Source: Vicinamibacteria bacterium (lineage in GTDB: Bacteria > Acidobacteriota > Vicinamibacteria > Marinacidobacterales > Marinacidobacteraceae). From it: a DNA stretch of 64,000 bases. The DNA lies in contig CAXXLQ010000004.1 of the NCBI GenBank assembly GCA_963668695.2, positions 1,440,001-1,504,000 on the forward strand. Reading direction: 5' to 3'. Every line of letters starts with the position of its first letter. The first letter of the stretch is position 1. This document shows, piece by piece, positions 20,956 to 30,325 of the stretch. Position numbers and translations under genes: made by a program. Below the pieces are notes generated by a model. That model did not search any database and was not told the DNA's origin. It saw nothing but the letters and a program-made list of their open reading frames with translations.

Positions 20956-21124
20956 AGGAGATCTCCAAAGCGAAACGCTCGGGAAAGAGGCCGGGTGCCT
21001 TGGGCATCCCGGGCTCAAACGGGCCTCAATGGCGGACAGAAAATCGTAGCACGCGAGGTCGAGCGGTCCGGAAGCGGGGGCACATTGCTGGACCTGTCCG
21101 GGTTTTCAAGTGGGAAGGGTGTTG

Positions 21125-21298
21125 CCCCCCCTCCCGAACCGCCCGGCGCTCCGCGCCGGCAATCGAAACTTCCTCGCCCGCCTCCGGCGGGCTGCGGCAA
21201 GTTCCGATTGGTCGTTGTTGATTGTGAAAGGAGGGCGAGCCCCCCTTTCACACTTTCCCCCCGGACACGCAGACGGCGAACCTCCGGTTCGCCGCCAT
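21125..21298. repeat. Structured repeat family 3 (uninterrupted copy)
   Basis: Collinear with the reverse complement of 32705-33055 once the 2x90-bp array is removed; contains a tgtgaaagg...cctttcaca hairpin. Confidence 0.7.
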
Positions 21299-21347
21299 TT
21301 CTCTGGCCCGGTCAGCTATGCGCCGCCACACGTTTTTACGGCACACG

Positions 21348-21558
21348 GGCAAGGGAACGCCGGACCTCCGGTCGGCACAGCGGCCCGCAGGGCCGCGGCG
21401 GCAGAGACCCCAACCGTCGGAAAGGCTCCCTTCTCGGCCCGTACCCCTCAAGGGCCGGATGGCGCGCGACAGCGGAGCGCCGGTCTCTGACCGGCATCGC
21501 GCGGGAGCGCGAAACCTGCGGCTATGACGCCGGGCCCGACCAGCGTCAGTGCCACACC
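21348..21558. repeat. Composite REP-like repeat family 2
   Basis: Collinear with 45467-45678; two GCCG-stem-CGGCA hairpin units ~120 bp apart. Confidence 0.65.
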
Positions 21559-21779
21559 ACCTTTTTGATGCGGGCGGGGTGAACGGGCCGACCCGATCAT
21601 GTGGGTTTCTCCCGGTGGGGCCCGGCACAGCGGCCCGCAGGGCCGCGGGCGGTTCATTGCCGTCCGCCTTCACGGGGTGCAGGCACGGGGCCCGCTGCGC
21701 TGCGAACGGTGTCTGCCACTCCAATGTACGGATCACGCCGAACGCTGGGATTCCCGCCGAGAAGGGATCACCTCGGAAC

Positions 21780-22000
21780 TAGCGGCCTGTGGTGGAACCC
21801 GGGTGAGCGCCGAGAGCGGTGAGGCCCAGTTCTCCCGGTGGGGGTCCGCCTGACAAGGCGCGTGAGGGAGGAATACCGAGTGTATTTCGACCGAAACGCA
21901 ACGCAGAGCGCCGCAAAGCGCCAGTTCTCCCGGTGGGGGGGCGGCTCAGGCGGGATGGATCGCCGCTCGAACGCCGCGTGGGTTTCACCACAGGCTGCTA
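21780..22000. mobile_element. MITE-like family 1, copy 7
   Basis: CTAG at both ends; modules in slots 1 and 3. Confidence 0.85.
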
Positions 22001-22253
22001 GGGGTCCTTCCCGCCGCCCGCCTCCGGCGGGCTGTGCCGACCGCAGGTCGGCGTTCCCGTGCGGCCGTCACCACCTTGCACCTCCGGCGTTCCGCGTCTG
22101 CGCCTTTTCATCACGGGCGGGGGTGTGCAGGAGGACCCCATCATGAGGGTTTCTCCCGGTGGGGCCCGGCACAGCTCGCCGGAGGGGGGCGGCACGCGTA
22201 CCGCCGACCGAGAAGAAGTGGGGCTCGGCTTTCCGACTTTGCCCCGGTGCGGC

Positions 22254-22805
22254 CTAGCGGGTTTCTTCCTCGCGCCACCCGGGGGCGTCGCCGAGCCCGA
22301 GCACGCCGAGCACCTTGTCACAAAAGCCGTCCACGACCTCAGACATCGTGCCTGGATTTCGATACCAGGGCGGCGCCACCGGCATCACGATTCCCCCCGC
22401 TTCAGAGACCGCGAGCGCGTTGCGCAACGTGATGGTGGACCAAGGGGTTTCGCGCACGCAGAGCACAAGGCGCATGCGTTCCTTGAGGGCGACCTGGGCC
22501 GCACGAGTAATCAGGGTGTCGGCGATGCCGTTCGCCACTTTGCCGAGCGTCGAGAGGCTGCATGGGATGAGGACCAGTGCGTCGTAGCGGTTGGAACCCG
22601 ACGACCACGGCGCCGCGAGATCGGAGTCCCGATGGACACGTCGCACATCTCCTTTCAGGTCGTTCAATGTGAGGCCCATCTCGAGCCGCAGTACCTCCTC
22701 ACCCCATTGGGAGACGATCAGGTGTTTTTCTCCGGGGCAGCGCTTCAGGAAGCGAACGCCGTACACCGCCCCCGAGGAGCCCGAGATTCCTACGACAATT
22801 CTCAT
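22254..22805 (-). CDS. ubiX: Flavin prenyltransferase UbiX (MqnM-like)
   Basis: VGISGSSGAVYG, SSGS, PCSLSTL, LITRAAQVALKER, VRETP. Confidence 0.93.
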   Translation of the reverse strand: MRIVVGISGSSGAVYGVRFLKRCPGEKHLIVSQWGEEVLRLEMGLTLNDLKGDVRRVHRDSDLAAPWSSGSNRYDALVLIPCSLSTLGKVANGIADTLITRAAQVALKERMRLVLCVRETPWSTITLRNALAVSEAGGIVMPVAPPWYRNPGTMSEVVDGFCDKVLGVLGLGDAPGWREEETR

Positions 22806-23686
22806 GATCCGGCAATGGGAGGACGAGAGAACAGTACGCCCAGAAAGACGACGCCCCCGAGAATCGAGTTCGCCTGAAAGAACGCGAAATTCACGTGGTT
22901 CCGGAGCCGATGCTGCGCGACGAAGAGAATCCCGGCGAGGACAAAGAAAATACCTGACAAGACGCCGTGAAGCGACGTGGAGAAGAGAATGATGAGGGTG
23001 CAGAAGGCAAAGGCGTGCAGCCCGGCGGCAACCCGCAGGGCGCGGCGACTTCCGATGGCCGCCGGCAGGGAGAAGACGCCGGTCTTCCGGTCAGAGTCTT
23101 CGTCCAGAGTCGCATACAGAATGTCGAAACCGGCAGACCAGAATGCGGTAAAGGCAGCCAGCGCCACGATCGGAAAGAGGCCCCGCCATTCGAGGGCCAC
23201 GGCGTAAAAGCCGCAGAGCGGGCCCAGCGTGAGCGTGAGGCCGAGACCAAGATGCGCCCACTTGGTGAAACGCTTCAGCAGTGGATAACCAAAGAAAGCC
23301 AACAGCGGAACGGGGCTGATCAGGAGACAGCGCGGGGAAATGGCCCATGCGGCCGCGAGGGACACGGCAAACGAAAGGGCGGCGACCAGCACCGCGCCCC
23401 CGAGCGTGATCTTTCCGGTCGGCAGCGCTCGCGTCGCGGTGCGCGGATTCTGCGCATCAAGGTGGCGATCCAGAATTCGATTGAGCCCCATCGCCGTTGT
23501 GCGCGCCCCGGTGGCGGCCACCAGAATCAACACCGCGGTACGAAGGGTCAGTGGGGGTTCAGCCAACAGTGCGCCAGCGTAAATGAGAGGTACCGAAAAC
23601 AGCGTATGTTCGATCTTGAGATAGTCGGCCCATACCCTGATCCGGTTCACGGTGGCGTCTCGCAGGTTATCCGGAGCGCTCGACAC
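22802..23686 (-). CDS. mqnP: Futalosine-pathway UbiA-like polyprenyltransferase
   Basis: KIEHTLFSVP, ARTTAMGLNRILDRHLDAQNPRT, GFDILYA; adjacent to ubiX and mqn genes. Confidence 0.8.
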   Translation of the reverse strand: MSSAPDNLRDATVNRIRVWADYLKIEHTLFSVPLIYAGALLAEPPLTLRTAVLILVAATGARTTAMGLNRILDRHLDAQNPRTATRALPTGKITLGGAVLVAALSFAVSLAAAWAISPRCLLISPVPLLAFFGYPLLKRFTKWAHLGLGLTLTLGPLCGFYAVALEWRGLFPIVALAAFTAFWSAGFDILYATLDEDSDRKTGVFSLPAAIGSRRALRVAAGLHAFAFCTLIILFSTSLHGVLSGIFFVLAGILFVAQHRLRNHVNFAFFQANSILGGVVFLGVLFSRPPIAGS

Positions 23687-23736
23687 GAGTTTGTTCCTGA
23701 TACTGGCTGAAAGATGAGCGAAGTGGTCAGACAGAC

Positions 23737-24038
23737 TAACAGCCGGTGGTGGAACCCGGGTGAGCGCCGAGGCCGGGGAGGCCCAGTTCTCCCGGTGGGG
23801 GTCCGGCTGACAAGGCGCGTGAGGGAGGAATACCGGGTGTATTGCGACCGAAACGCAACGATGAGCGGCGCAAAGCGACGCGGTTCAGCCAGGATGGATC
23901 GCTGGCCGAGCCCCCACCGGGAGAACTGGGCCGCCTGGGTTTCGCCACCGGCTGTTGACAGCCGGTGGACAAAGTGGCGTGAGCGCCTGGGCCCCCAGCG
24001 GGAGAACGGGGCCGCGTGAATTCGTCCATAGGCTGCCA
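23737..24038. mobile_element. MITE-like family 1, copy 8 (23737-23957) abutted by an internally deleted type II copy (23958-24038)
   Basis: Two TIR pairs in tandem. Confidence 0.8.
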
Positions 24039-24213
24039 GCAGGTCATTCGTCCCATCTCTTGATGCTGCGTTGTGTCCTCTACAACGGCTATCGGTAAGG
24101 TTGACCGAGATTCGGAGGTAGTGCTACGCTGCGTTTGCGGGATGCGCAGCGGCGGCGTCTCGCCGCCTTGTTTCCATCCGTTGGAATTCTCGCGAAAGGT
24201 GAATAGGCCCGTA

Positions 24214-25530
24214 ATGAAGAAAAAGACCAGGCGGTCAGCAAAGAAAGCTACGCGCAAGAAAGCGGCGGTGCGTGTGACGTCGCGCAGCAAAGCCACGCGG
24301 AAGAAGGTCGCCCGGAAGAAGGTCGCCCGGAAGAAGACTGCCGCGCGCGGGAGTGCCTCACGGCTGTCGGCAGTGAGGAAGGCGACACGCAAGAAAGCAA
24401 CACGGAAACGACTGACCGGCAAGGCGCCAGCGCGCAAGAAAGCCACGCGCAAGAAGGTGACCCGTAAGGCGGCCACCCGGAAGAAGGTGACGCGCAAGAA
24501 AGTCGCCCGGAAGAAGACAACCCGGAAGAAGACGACCCGGAAGGTGGCGACCCGGAAGAAGGTGACGCGCAAGAAGGCCGCTCGGAAGAAGACGACCCGT
24601 AAGGCGGCCACCCGGAAGAAGGTGACGCGCAAGAAAGTCGCCCGGAAGAAGACGACCCGTAGGGTGGCCACCCGGAAGAAGGTGACGCGGAAGAAGACAA
24701 CCCGGAAGAAGACAACCCGGAAGAAGACGACCCGTAAGGCAGCCACCCGGAAGAAGGTGACGCGCAAGAAAGTCGCCCGGAAGAAGACGACCCGTAGGGT
24801 GGCCACCCGGAAGAAGGTGACGCGGAAGAAGACAACCCGGAAGAAGACGACCCGTAGGGTGGCCACCCGGAAGAAGGTGACGCGCAAGAAGGTCGCCCGG
24901 AAGAAGACGACCCGTAAGGTGGCGACCCGGAAGAAGGTGACGCGCAAGAAGGTTGCCCGGAAGAAGACGACCCGTAAGGTGGCGACCCGGAAGAAGGTGA
25001 CGCGCAAGAAGGTTGCCCGGAAGAAGACGACCCGGAAGGTGGCGACCCGGAAAAAGGTGACGCGCAAGAAGGTGACGCGGAAGAAGGCGACCCGGAAGGT
25101 GGCGACCCGGAAGAAGGTGACGCGCAAGAAGGTCGCCCGAAAGAAGGCGACGCGAAAGAAGGCGACCCGATCCGCGGAAGCGCCTTCTCCGCCTCCGGCG
25201 GAAGCGCCTTCTCCGCCTCCGGCGGAAGCGCCTTCTCCGCCTCCGGCGGAAGCGCCTTCTCCGCCTCCGGCGGAAGCGCCTTCTCCACCTCCGGCGGAAG
25301 CGCCTTCTCCGCCTCCGGCGGAAGCGCCTTCTCCACCTCCGGCGGAAGCGCCTTCTCCGCCTCCGGCGGAAGCGCCTTCTCCACCTCCGGCGGAAGCGCC
25401 TTCTCCGCCTCCGGCGGAAGCGCCTTCTCCACCTCCGGCGGAAGCGCCTTCTCCGCCTCCGGCGGAAGCGCCTTCTCCGCCTCCGGCGGAAGCGCCGCCC
25501 GCCGAACCCAAGGCGCCTGCTTCGCCATAG
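24214..25530 (+). CDS. Histone H1-like Lys/Arg-rich repeat protein with a Pro/Ala/Glu C-terminal tail
   Basis: ~320 aa of (V/T/A)(T/A)RKK pentapeptides with synonymous codon variation, then 13x AEAPSPPP. Confidence 0.75.
   Translation: MKKKTRRSAKKATRKKAAVRVTSRSKATRKKVARKKVARKKTAARGSASRLSAVRKATRKKATRKRLTGKAPARKKATRKKVTRKAATRKKVTRKKVARKKTTRKKTTRKVATRKKVTRKKAARKKTTRKAATRKKVTRKKVARKKTTRRVATRKKVTRKKTTRKKTTRKKTTRKAATRKKVTRKKVARKKTTRRVATRKKVTRKKTTRKKTTRRVATRKKVTRKKVARKKTTRKVATRKKVTRKKVARKKTTRKVATRKKVTRKKVARKKTTRKVATRKKVTRKKVTRKKATRKVATRKKVTRKKVARKKATRKKATRSAEAPSPPPAEAPSPPPAEAPSPPPAEAPSPPPAEAPSPPPAEAPSPPPAEAPSPPPAEAPSPPPAEAPSPPPAEAPSPPPAEAPSPPPAEAPSPPPAEAPSPPPAEAPPAEPKAPASP
25174..25485 (+). repeat. 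13 x 24-bp coding tandem repeat (gcggaagcgccttctcc[g/a]cctccg)
   Basis: Counted directly from the sequence. Confidence 0.95.
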
Positions 25531-25881
25531 CGGACCTTTCCATCACGGGCCGCGGCGCGCCCCGCGACAGTCGGTCCCCCAGACAGCCGATGGAAACCGC
25601 GGTGTGAGAGTCAGGGTTCCAGGGAGCCAAACGGAGAACCGCCGGCCGAACCCCGCGCCTTCTTACCGGCTGCCTGCCCTTGGCCTTCTTCCGAAGCGGG
25701 TTTCGCTCCGGAGGCTCTTCCGGCTGCCCGCTTCGGTCAGGATGCGGGGAGTCGTGCGCGGGGCGCCGCCGGATTCTCCGCCTTCCCGGGATCGTTCCGA
25801 CCCCGGTCCCTATGTTAAATTCCCCGGTCCGCCTTACGCGATTCCCATAACTTCCACTGCTTTGGGGAGGAGACTTCCGCC

Positions 25882-27270
25882 GTGCGCTTCCATTGTCCGC
25901 CATCCGCCAAGGGCGCCAGCCGCTGGCGTCGCCGCTTCTTCGCCACTGGACTCTCCCTGGCCCTTTTCGCCGGTGCCTGCGGCGGGACGGACATTGGTGT
26001 CACGGGGGATGAGATCCGATTGGGCAGTTTTGCTCCCCTGACGGGTCCCTATGCGGCGCTTGGCAATGTCGGCCGCTCGATGGCTGCTTACTTTGAGTGG
26101 CTCAACGATCAGGGGGGCGTCCACGGCCGCATGGTCCGTTTGAGCCTCAAGGACGATCAGGGAGATCCGGAGAAGACTCCTGCCCTCGTTGATCAACTGC
26201 TGCGCGAGGAGCAGGTCTTCGCGATGGTGGGCGGGATGAGCAGCGCCAACAGCCTCGCGGTCAGGGACGCGGTGGGGTTGCGACTGGTGCCCTGGGTGAA
26301 TCCCGGTTCCAGCGCGCGGGAATGGACGGAACCGCTCGACGCCTACATCTTTTCCATTCTTCCCACTTCCATTACCGCGGCGCAGGTCCTAGCGCGCTAC
26401 GCGCTTTCCGAACTCGGCGTCGATCGGATTGCTTCGCTCGCCGAGGACACCCCCTTTGGGATTCAGGGGCAGGAGGGCTACCGGCTCGGCGTCCGGCGCT
26501 TTTACGAGCAGGTGGCAGCCGCTCTTCCGGAAGGCGTGGACGTTCGCTACGCGCGGATTTCCAGCCGTCCCCGGCGCCCGCGGACCGATGACCCCACCAG
26601 TGAGGGATGGCACGAGTACCCGACCGGAGGCGAGGGGGTTTTGTGGCGGGTCCAGCGGGTTGATGGCGGCAGTTGGGGCCGGCCCGAGGCTGCTCCCGAA
26701 GACGTCGGAATGCGGCGCAGCCCCAAGGACGGAGCCGACCTCGAAGTGGCCCTTGCGGAGTTCAAGGAGAAACAGGCGGGCGCGATTCTCATTTGGGGAG
26801 TTGCTGAGTACGGAGCCGAGGTAGCGAAGGCGATCGCCGCTGATCCTGACTGGAATCCGATCCTGCTCGGTGGGTTTGCGATGGCGGATCCGCTGATGAT
26901 CGATCTTGCCGGTGATGCCGTCGAAGGCATGATCGTGGCGTCAACAACTCCTGACCTTTCCATTGACTCGGACGCCACCCGCTTGGTGAAAGAAATTCTC
27001 AGCGACTACGCGCCCGAAGTGCCGTTCGGGGACTACGCGATGCTGGGAATGGCCTGGGCTCAGCTCGCTGCCGAGGGGATGGAGCGTGCGGGACCCGATC
27101 TCAGGCGGATCAACCTAATCCGCGGGCTCGAAACCATCGACAACTGGCAGGGCCTGATGGGTCATCCCGTGACGTTCTCCGAGCAGAGTCACCTTGGTTT
27201 CGACGCCGTGACGCTGAAGCACGTCGAGAACGGCGAGTTCGTCGCCATCACCGGCTGGCTCTCGGAGTAG
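25882..27270 (+). CDS. Branched-chain amino acid type (Peripla_BP_6) ABC substrate-binding lipoprotein with an internal insertion
   Basis: FAGAC lipobox, IGVTGDEIRLG, PLTGP, GGVHGR, DDQGDP. Confidence 0.8.
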   Translation: MRFHCPPSAKGASRWRRRFFATGLSLALFAGACGGTDIGVTGDEIRLGSFAPLTGPYAALGNVGRSMAAYFEWLNDQGGVHGRMVRLSLKDDQGDPEKTPALVDQLLREEQVFAMVGGMSSANSLAVRDAVGLRLVPWVNPGSSAREWTEPLDAYIFSILPTSITAAQVLARYALSELGVDRIASLAEDTPFGIQGQEGYRLGVRRFYEQVAAALPEGVDVRYARISSRPRRPRTDDPTSEGWHEYPTGGEGVLWRVQRVDGGSWGRPEAAPEDVGMRRSPKDGADLEVALAEFKEKQAGAILIWGVAEYGAEVAKAIAADPDWNPILLGGFAMADPLMIDLAGDAVEGMIVASTTPDLSIDSDATRLVKEILSDYAPEVPFGDYAMLGMAWAQLAAEGMERAGPDLRRINLIRGLETIDNWQGLMGHPVTFSEQSHLGFDAVTLKHVENGEFVAITGWLSE

Positions 27271-27344
27271 TCTCCGATAGCTGCTGCGGTCGGCCTGCCC
27301 GGCCAACCGACGGCCGACCGACGGGGGCGGGGAGCCGGCCCCGC

Positions 27345-28088
27345 TCAGGCGCCGGGATTCCCGCTGTCTGCGGTTCTTCCGAGATAGGCCCGTCGCACCT
27401 CGGGATCGTCGAGGAGTTCCGCTCCGCTTCCCTGACGGACGACTTTCCCGCCTTCGAGCACGTAGCCGCGCTCCGCGATCTCGAGCGCTCGCATCACGTT
27501 CTGCTCTACGAGCAGCACCGCGACTCCCTCCTTGCGGATGGCCTGGATCGTGTCGAACACAGTGTCCACCACGCGGGGCGAGAGCCCCAGCGATGGTTCG
27601 TCCATGAGCAGCAGTGCCGGAGAAGCCATCAGCGCCCGCCCGATCGCGGCCATTTGGCGCTCTCCTCCGGAAAGAGTGCCTGCCAACTGCCCCGCACGTT
27701 CGGCGAGCCGAGGCAAGAGCTCGAGAATGGCCTCCAACCGTCGGGCTACCGAGCCCTTCCGCCGAACGGCGTAGGCGCCGAGCCTCAGATTCTCGAGCAC
27801 CGTCATTTCGGGCCAGATACGGCTTCCTTCAGGCACGTGCGCAATGCCGGCCTCGACTACGCGGGCTGATCCGATGCCCACGATGGAACGTCCCTCGAAC
27901 CGGATCTCTCCCGCTTCGGGTTTGGAGAGGTCGCTGATCGCCCGCAGCGTGGTTGTCTTGCCGGCGCCGTTCGCTCCCAAAAGAGCCACCACCTCCCGCC
28001 GGCCCACCTCGAGGGTCACGCCGCGGAGCGCAGGTATGCCGCCCCGGCGTACCTGCAGATCCCGAATCTCGAGAAGACTCATCGACAT
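27345..28088 (-). CDS. livF: HAAT ABC transporter ATPase
   Basis: GANGAGKT, LSGGERQM, LMDEPSLGL, VEQN. Confidence 0.9.
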   Translation of the reverse strand: MSMSLLEIRDLQVRRGGIPALRGVTLEVGRREVVALLGANGAGKTTTLRAISDLSKPEAGEIRFEGRSIVGIGSARVVEAGIAHVPEGSRIWPEMTVLENLRLGAYAVRRKGSVARRLEAILELLPRLAERAGQLAGTLSGGERQMAAIGRALMASPALLLMDEPSLGLSPRVVDTVFDTIQAIRKEGVAVLLVEQNVMRALEIAERGYVLEGGKVVRQGSGAELLDDPEVRRAYLGRTADSGNPGA

Positions 28089-28095
28089 TCTCCTC

Positions 28096-28314
28096 TAGCA
28101 GCCGGTGGTGGAACCCGGGTGAGCGCCGAGCCCGGTGGGGGCCCGGCTGACAAGGCGCGTGAGGGAGGAGCCCCCACCGGGAGAACTGGCCCGAGTGTAT
28201 TTCGACCGAAACGCAACGCAGAACGGAGCGAAGCGGAGTGGTTCAGCCGGGATGGATCGCCGGCCGAGCCCCCACCGGGAGAACTGGGCCGCGTGGGTTT
28301 CACCACCGGCTGCT
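28096..28314. mobile_element. MITE-like family 1, copy 9 (inside the liv operon)
   Basis: TIRs; slot 1 module partly deleted, slots 2 and 4 filled. Confidence 0.8.
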
Positions 28315-28407
28315 CGGGGCGCGGATCCCGGCGGATGGGAAAAGCCGTGGAGGAGACGCCTGGCTGGCGGCTCTTCGGCGGACCGTCATGGTCTTCGACA
28401 CGCTTCC

Positions 28408-29154
28408 TCAGGATCCGGCCGACCGGCCGAGATACGCCTCGATCACGGCGGGATTCCGCGTTATTTCTTCGGGGGTTCCGATCGCGATCGTGGCGCCGTG
28501 GTCGAGCACGTGAACACGATGGGAGATATCCAGCACCGCTTCCATCACATGTTCGACGTAGATGATGCCGATACCGCTCGCGTGGACCTCCCTCAAGATC
28601 CCCACGGTTTCGCGCACTTCGGTGGGATTGAGGCCCGCTGCCACCTCGTCGACCAGGAGAACCCGGGGTCTGGTCGCGAGGGCACGCGCGAGGTCGAGTC
28701 GCTTCCGTTCGGCCAGATTCAAGAAATGGACGGGCGCCTCGCGACGGGATCCGAGCCGGGTCAGGGAAAGGCATGCCTCCGCCGTGTCAGAAGGGGAAAC
28801 TCCCGAGACGCGCCGGCCGAACTGCGCGCCGACCAGGACGCTTTCGAACACCGTCATGGCCAGGAAGGGGCGCGGGACCTGAAAGGTGCGCGCGAGCCCC
28901 AGCCGGCAGATCCGGTGGGACGGAAGGTGCTGGATTTCCCGGCCAAGCAAGCGGATCTGTCCGGCGTCGGGGGGGAATTGGCCGCTCAGCAGGTTGAAGA
29001 GAGTTGTCTTGCCCGCGCCATTCGGGCCGATGAGGCCCAAGATCTCGCCTTCCCGAAGGGTCAGATCAAGGCGGTGCACGGCCGTGAGGCCACCGAAGCG
29101 CTTCACGACTCCTCTCGCTTCGACCAGGGCGGATCCGGCGGCCGGACGGCTCAT
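28408..29154 (-). CDS. livG: HAAT ABC transporter ATPase
   Basis: KRFGGLTAV, GPNGAGKT, RTFQ, LVDEVAAG, VIEAYLG. Confidence 0.9.
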   Translation of the reverse strand: MSRPAAGSALVEARGVVKRFGGLTAVHRLDLTLREGEILGLIGPNGAGKTTLFNLLSGQFPPDAGQIRLLGREIQHLPSHRICRLGLARTFQVPRPFLAMTVFESVLVGAQFGRRVSGVSPSDTAEACLSLTRLGSRREAPVHFLNLAERKRLDLARALATRPRVLLVDEVAAGLNPTEVRETVGILREVHASGIGIIYVEHVMEAVLDISHRVHVLDHGATIAIGTPEEITRNPAVIEAYLGRSAGS

Positions 29155-30125
29155 CCCGTTCTCCTGCGTATCAGCGCCACGAGTTGGGCGAGGCGCGGCG
29201 CGACTCCGCGAGGCTCCAGCAGGATGATGAAAATCAGCAGCGCTCCGAACGCCGCGAGGTGTACGTTCGGGAGGCTTACCAGCACGAACTGCTCGAGGAA
29301 GAGGAAGATCGCCGCCCCCAGGATCGGTCCCATCACCGTGCCGATTCCCCCCACCAGCACCATGAGCACGAGGCTGATTGAGAGATCGAAGCCGAACACC
29401 TTCTCGGGAACCACGTAGAGGGTGAACAGGGCGTAGTAGCCGCCCCCGAGCCCGGTTAGCGCGGCGGCGATGGCGAAAACGGTGACCTGTTGCCGGGCAA
29501 TGTCCACGCCGGAGGCAGCGGCCGCCCGCGCGTCCTCCCGGAGTGCGATCAATCCCAGGCCGAGGCGCGAACGCCTCACCGCGGAACTCAGGAGCACCGC
29601 GGTCACCGCGAGGGCGGCGCCCAGACCGTAAAGCAACACCGGTCCCAGATCCTCCTCGAGTGGAAGCGTCAAGCCCGAGGCCCCGCCAGCGGCTTCGACC
29701 TGATTCACCACGATCCGTGTCGCCTCCGCTACGCCGATCGTGGCGATCGCGAAGTAGGGCCCGCGGAGTCGAAGGCAGGGCCATCCCCAGGCCACTCCGA
29801 ACAGGGCTGCGAGCAGGGCGGCCACGGGCATGGTCAGGAAGGGATGAACACCGGCAAGCCACAGCATGGAGGTGGCGTAGGCGCCGACACCGAAGAGCGA
29901 GGAATTGCCGAACGAAATCTGTCCGGCGAAACCCCCCACCAGATTCCAGGCGCTCGCCAGCAGAATGTTGAGAAACAGAAGCTGAGCGAGTCGGGAGGCG
30001 TACGGGTTGGCGATCAGTAGCGGACCGACTGCCGCTACCGCGGCCACCGAGGCAGCGCCAAGCAGGAGGCGCCGGCGCTGGGAAGAAGGCTCCACGGCTA
30101 GCAGCCTCTGGCGAACGCTGCCCAT
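29151..30125 (-). CDS. livM: HAAT ABC transporter permease (start approximate)
   Basis: WNLVGGFAGQISFG, LRLRGPYFAIAT, VLVGGIGTVMGP. Confidence 0.88.
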   Translation of the reverse strand: MGSVRQRLLAVEPSSQRRRLLLGAASVAAVAAVGPLLIANPYASRLAQLLFLNILLASAWNLVGGFAGQISFGNSSLFGVGAYATSMLWLAGVHPFLTMPVAALLAALFGVAWGWPCLRLRGPYFAIATIGVAEATRIVVNQVEAAGGASGLTLPLEEDLGPVLLYGLGAALAVTAVLLSSAVRRSRLGLGLIALREDARAAAASGVDIARQQVTVFAIAAALTGLGGGYYALFTLYVVPEKVFGFDLSISLVLMVLVGGIGTVMGPILGAAIFLFLEQFVLVSLPNVHLAAFGALLIFIILLEPRGVAPRLAQLVALIRRRTG

Positions 30126-30161
30126 CGTGACTCCGCGGCGCGGAGCGCCGTGGGGGTGGGG

Positions 30162-30325
30162 TGTGGGGAGGGGTGTCCCCTCCCCACGAAGAACGGTGGA
30201 GGGAATCGCGTAGCGATTCCCTCCACCATCCCGTGGAGAAGGCGCCCCGCATCGGAAAGACTTCGTGGCGTGCATGCGGATCGTGCGGTGGGCGCGATGC
30301 GGGGTGCTTTTTCCACGGGCTGCTA
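30162..30325. repeat. Hairpin cluster plus a small TIR element between livH and livM
   Basis: gtggggagggg/cccctccccac hairpin; perfect 15-bp stem at 30195-30227; imperfect TIR catcccgtggagaaggcgccccgcatc / gatgcggggtgctttttccacgggctg. Confidence 0.65.

Noticed and set aside
23736-25903. Minus-strand ORFs of 591 aa and 551 aa with GGGEGASA, FFRV or SSSG repeats
   Set aside because: Antisense shadows of the H1-like gene; synonymous variation favours the plus-strand Lys/Arg frame
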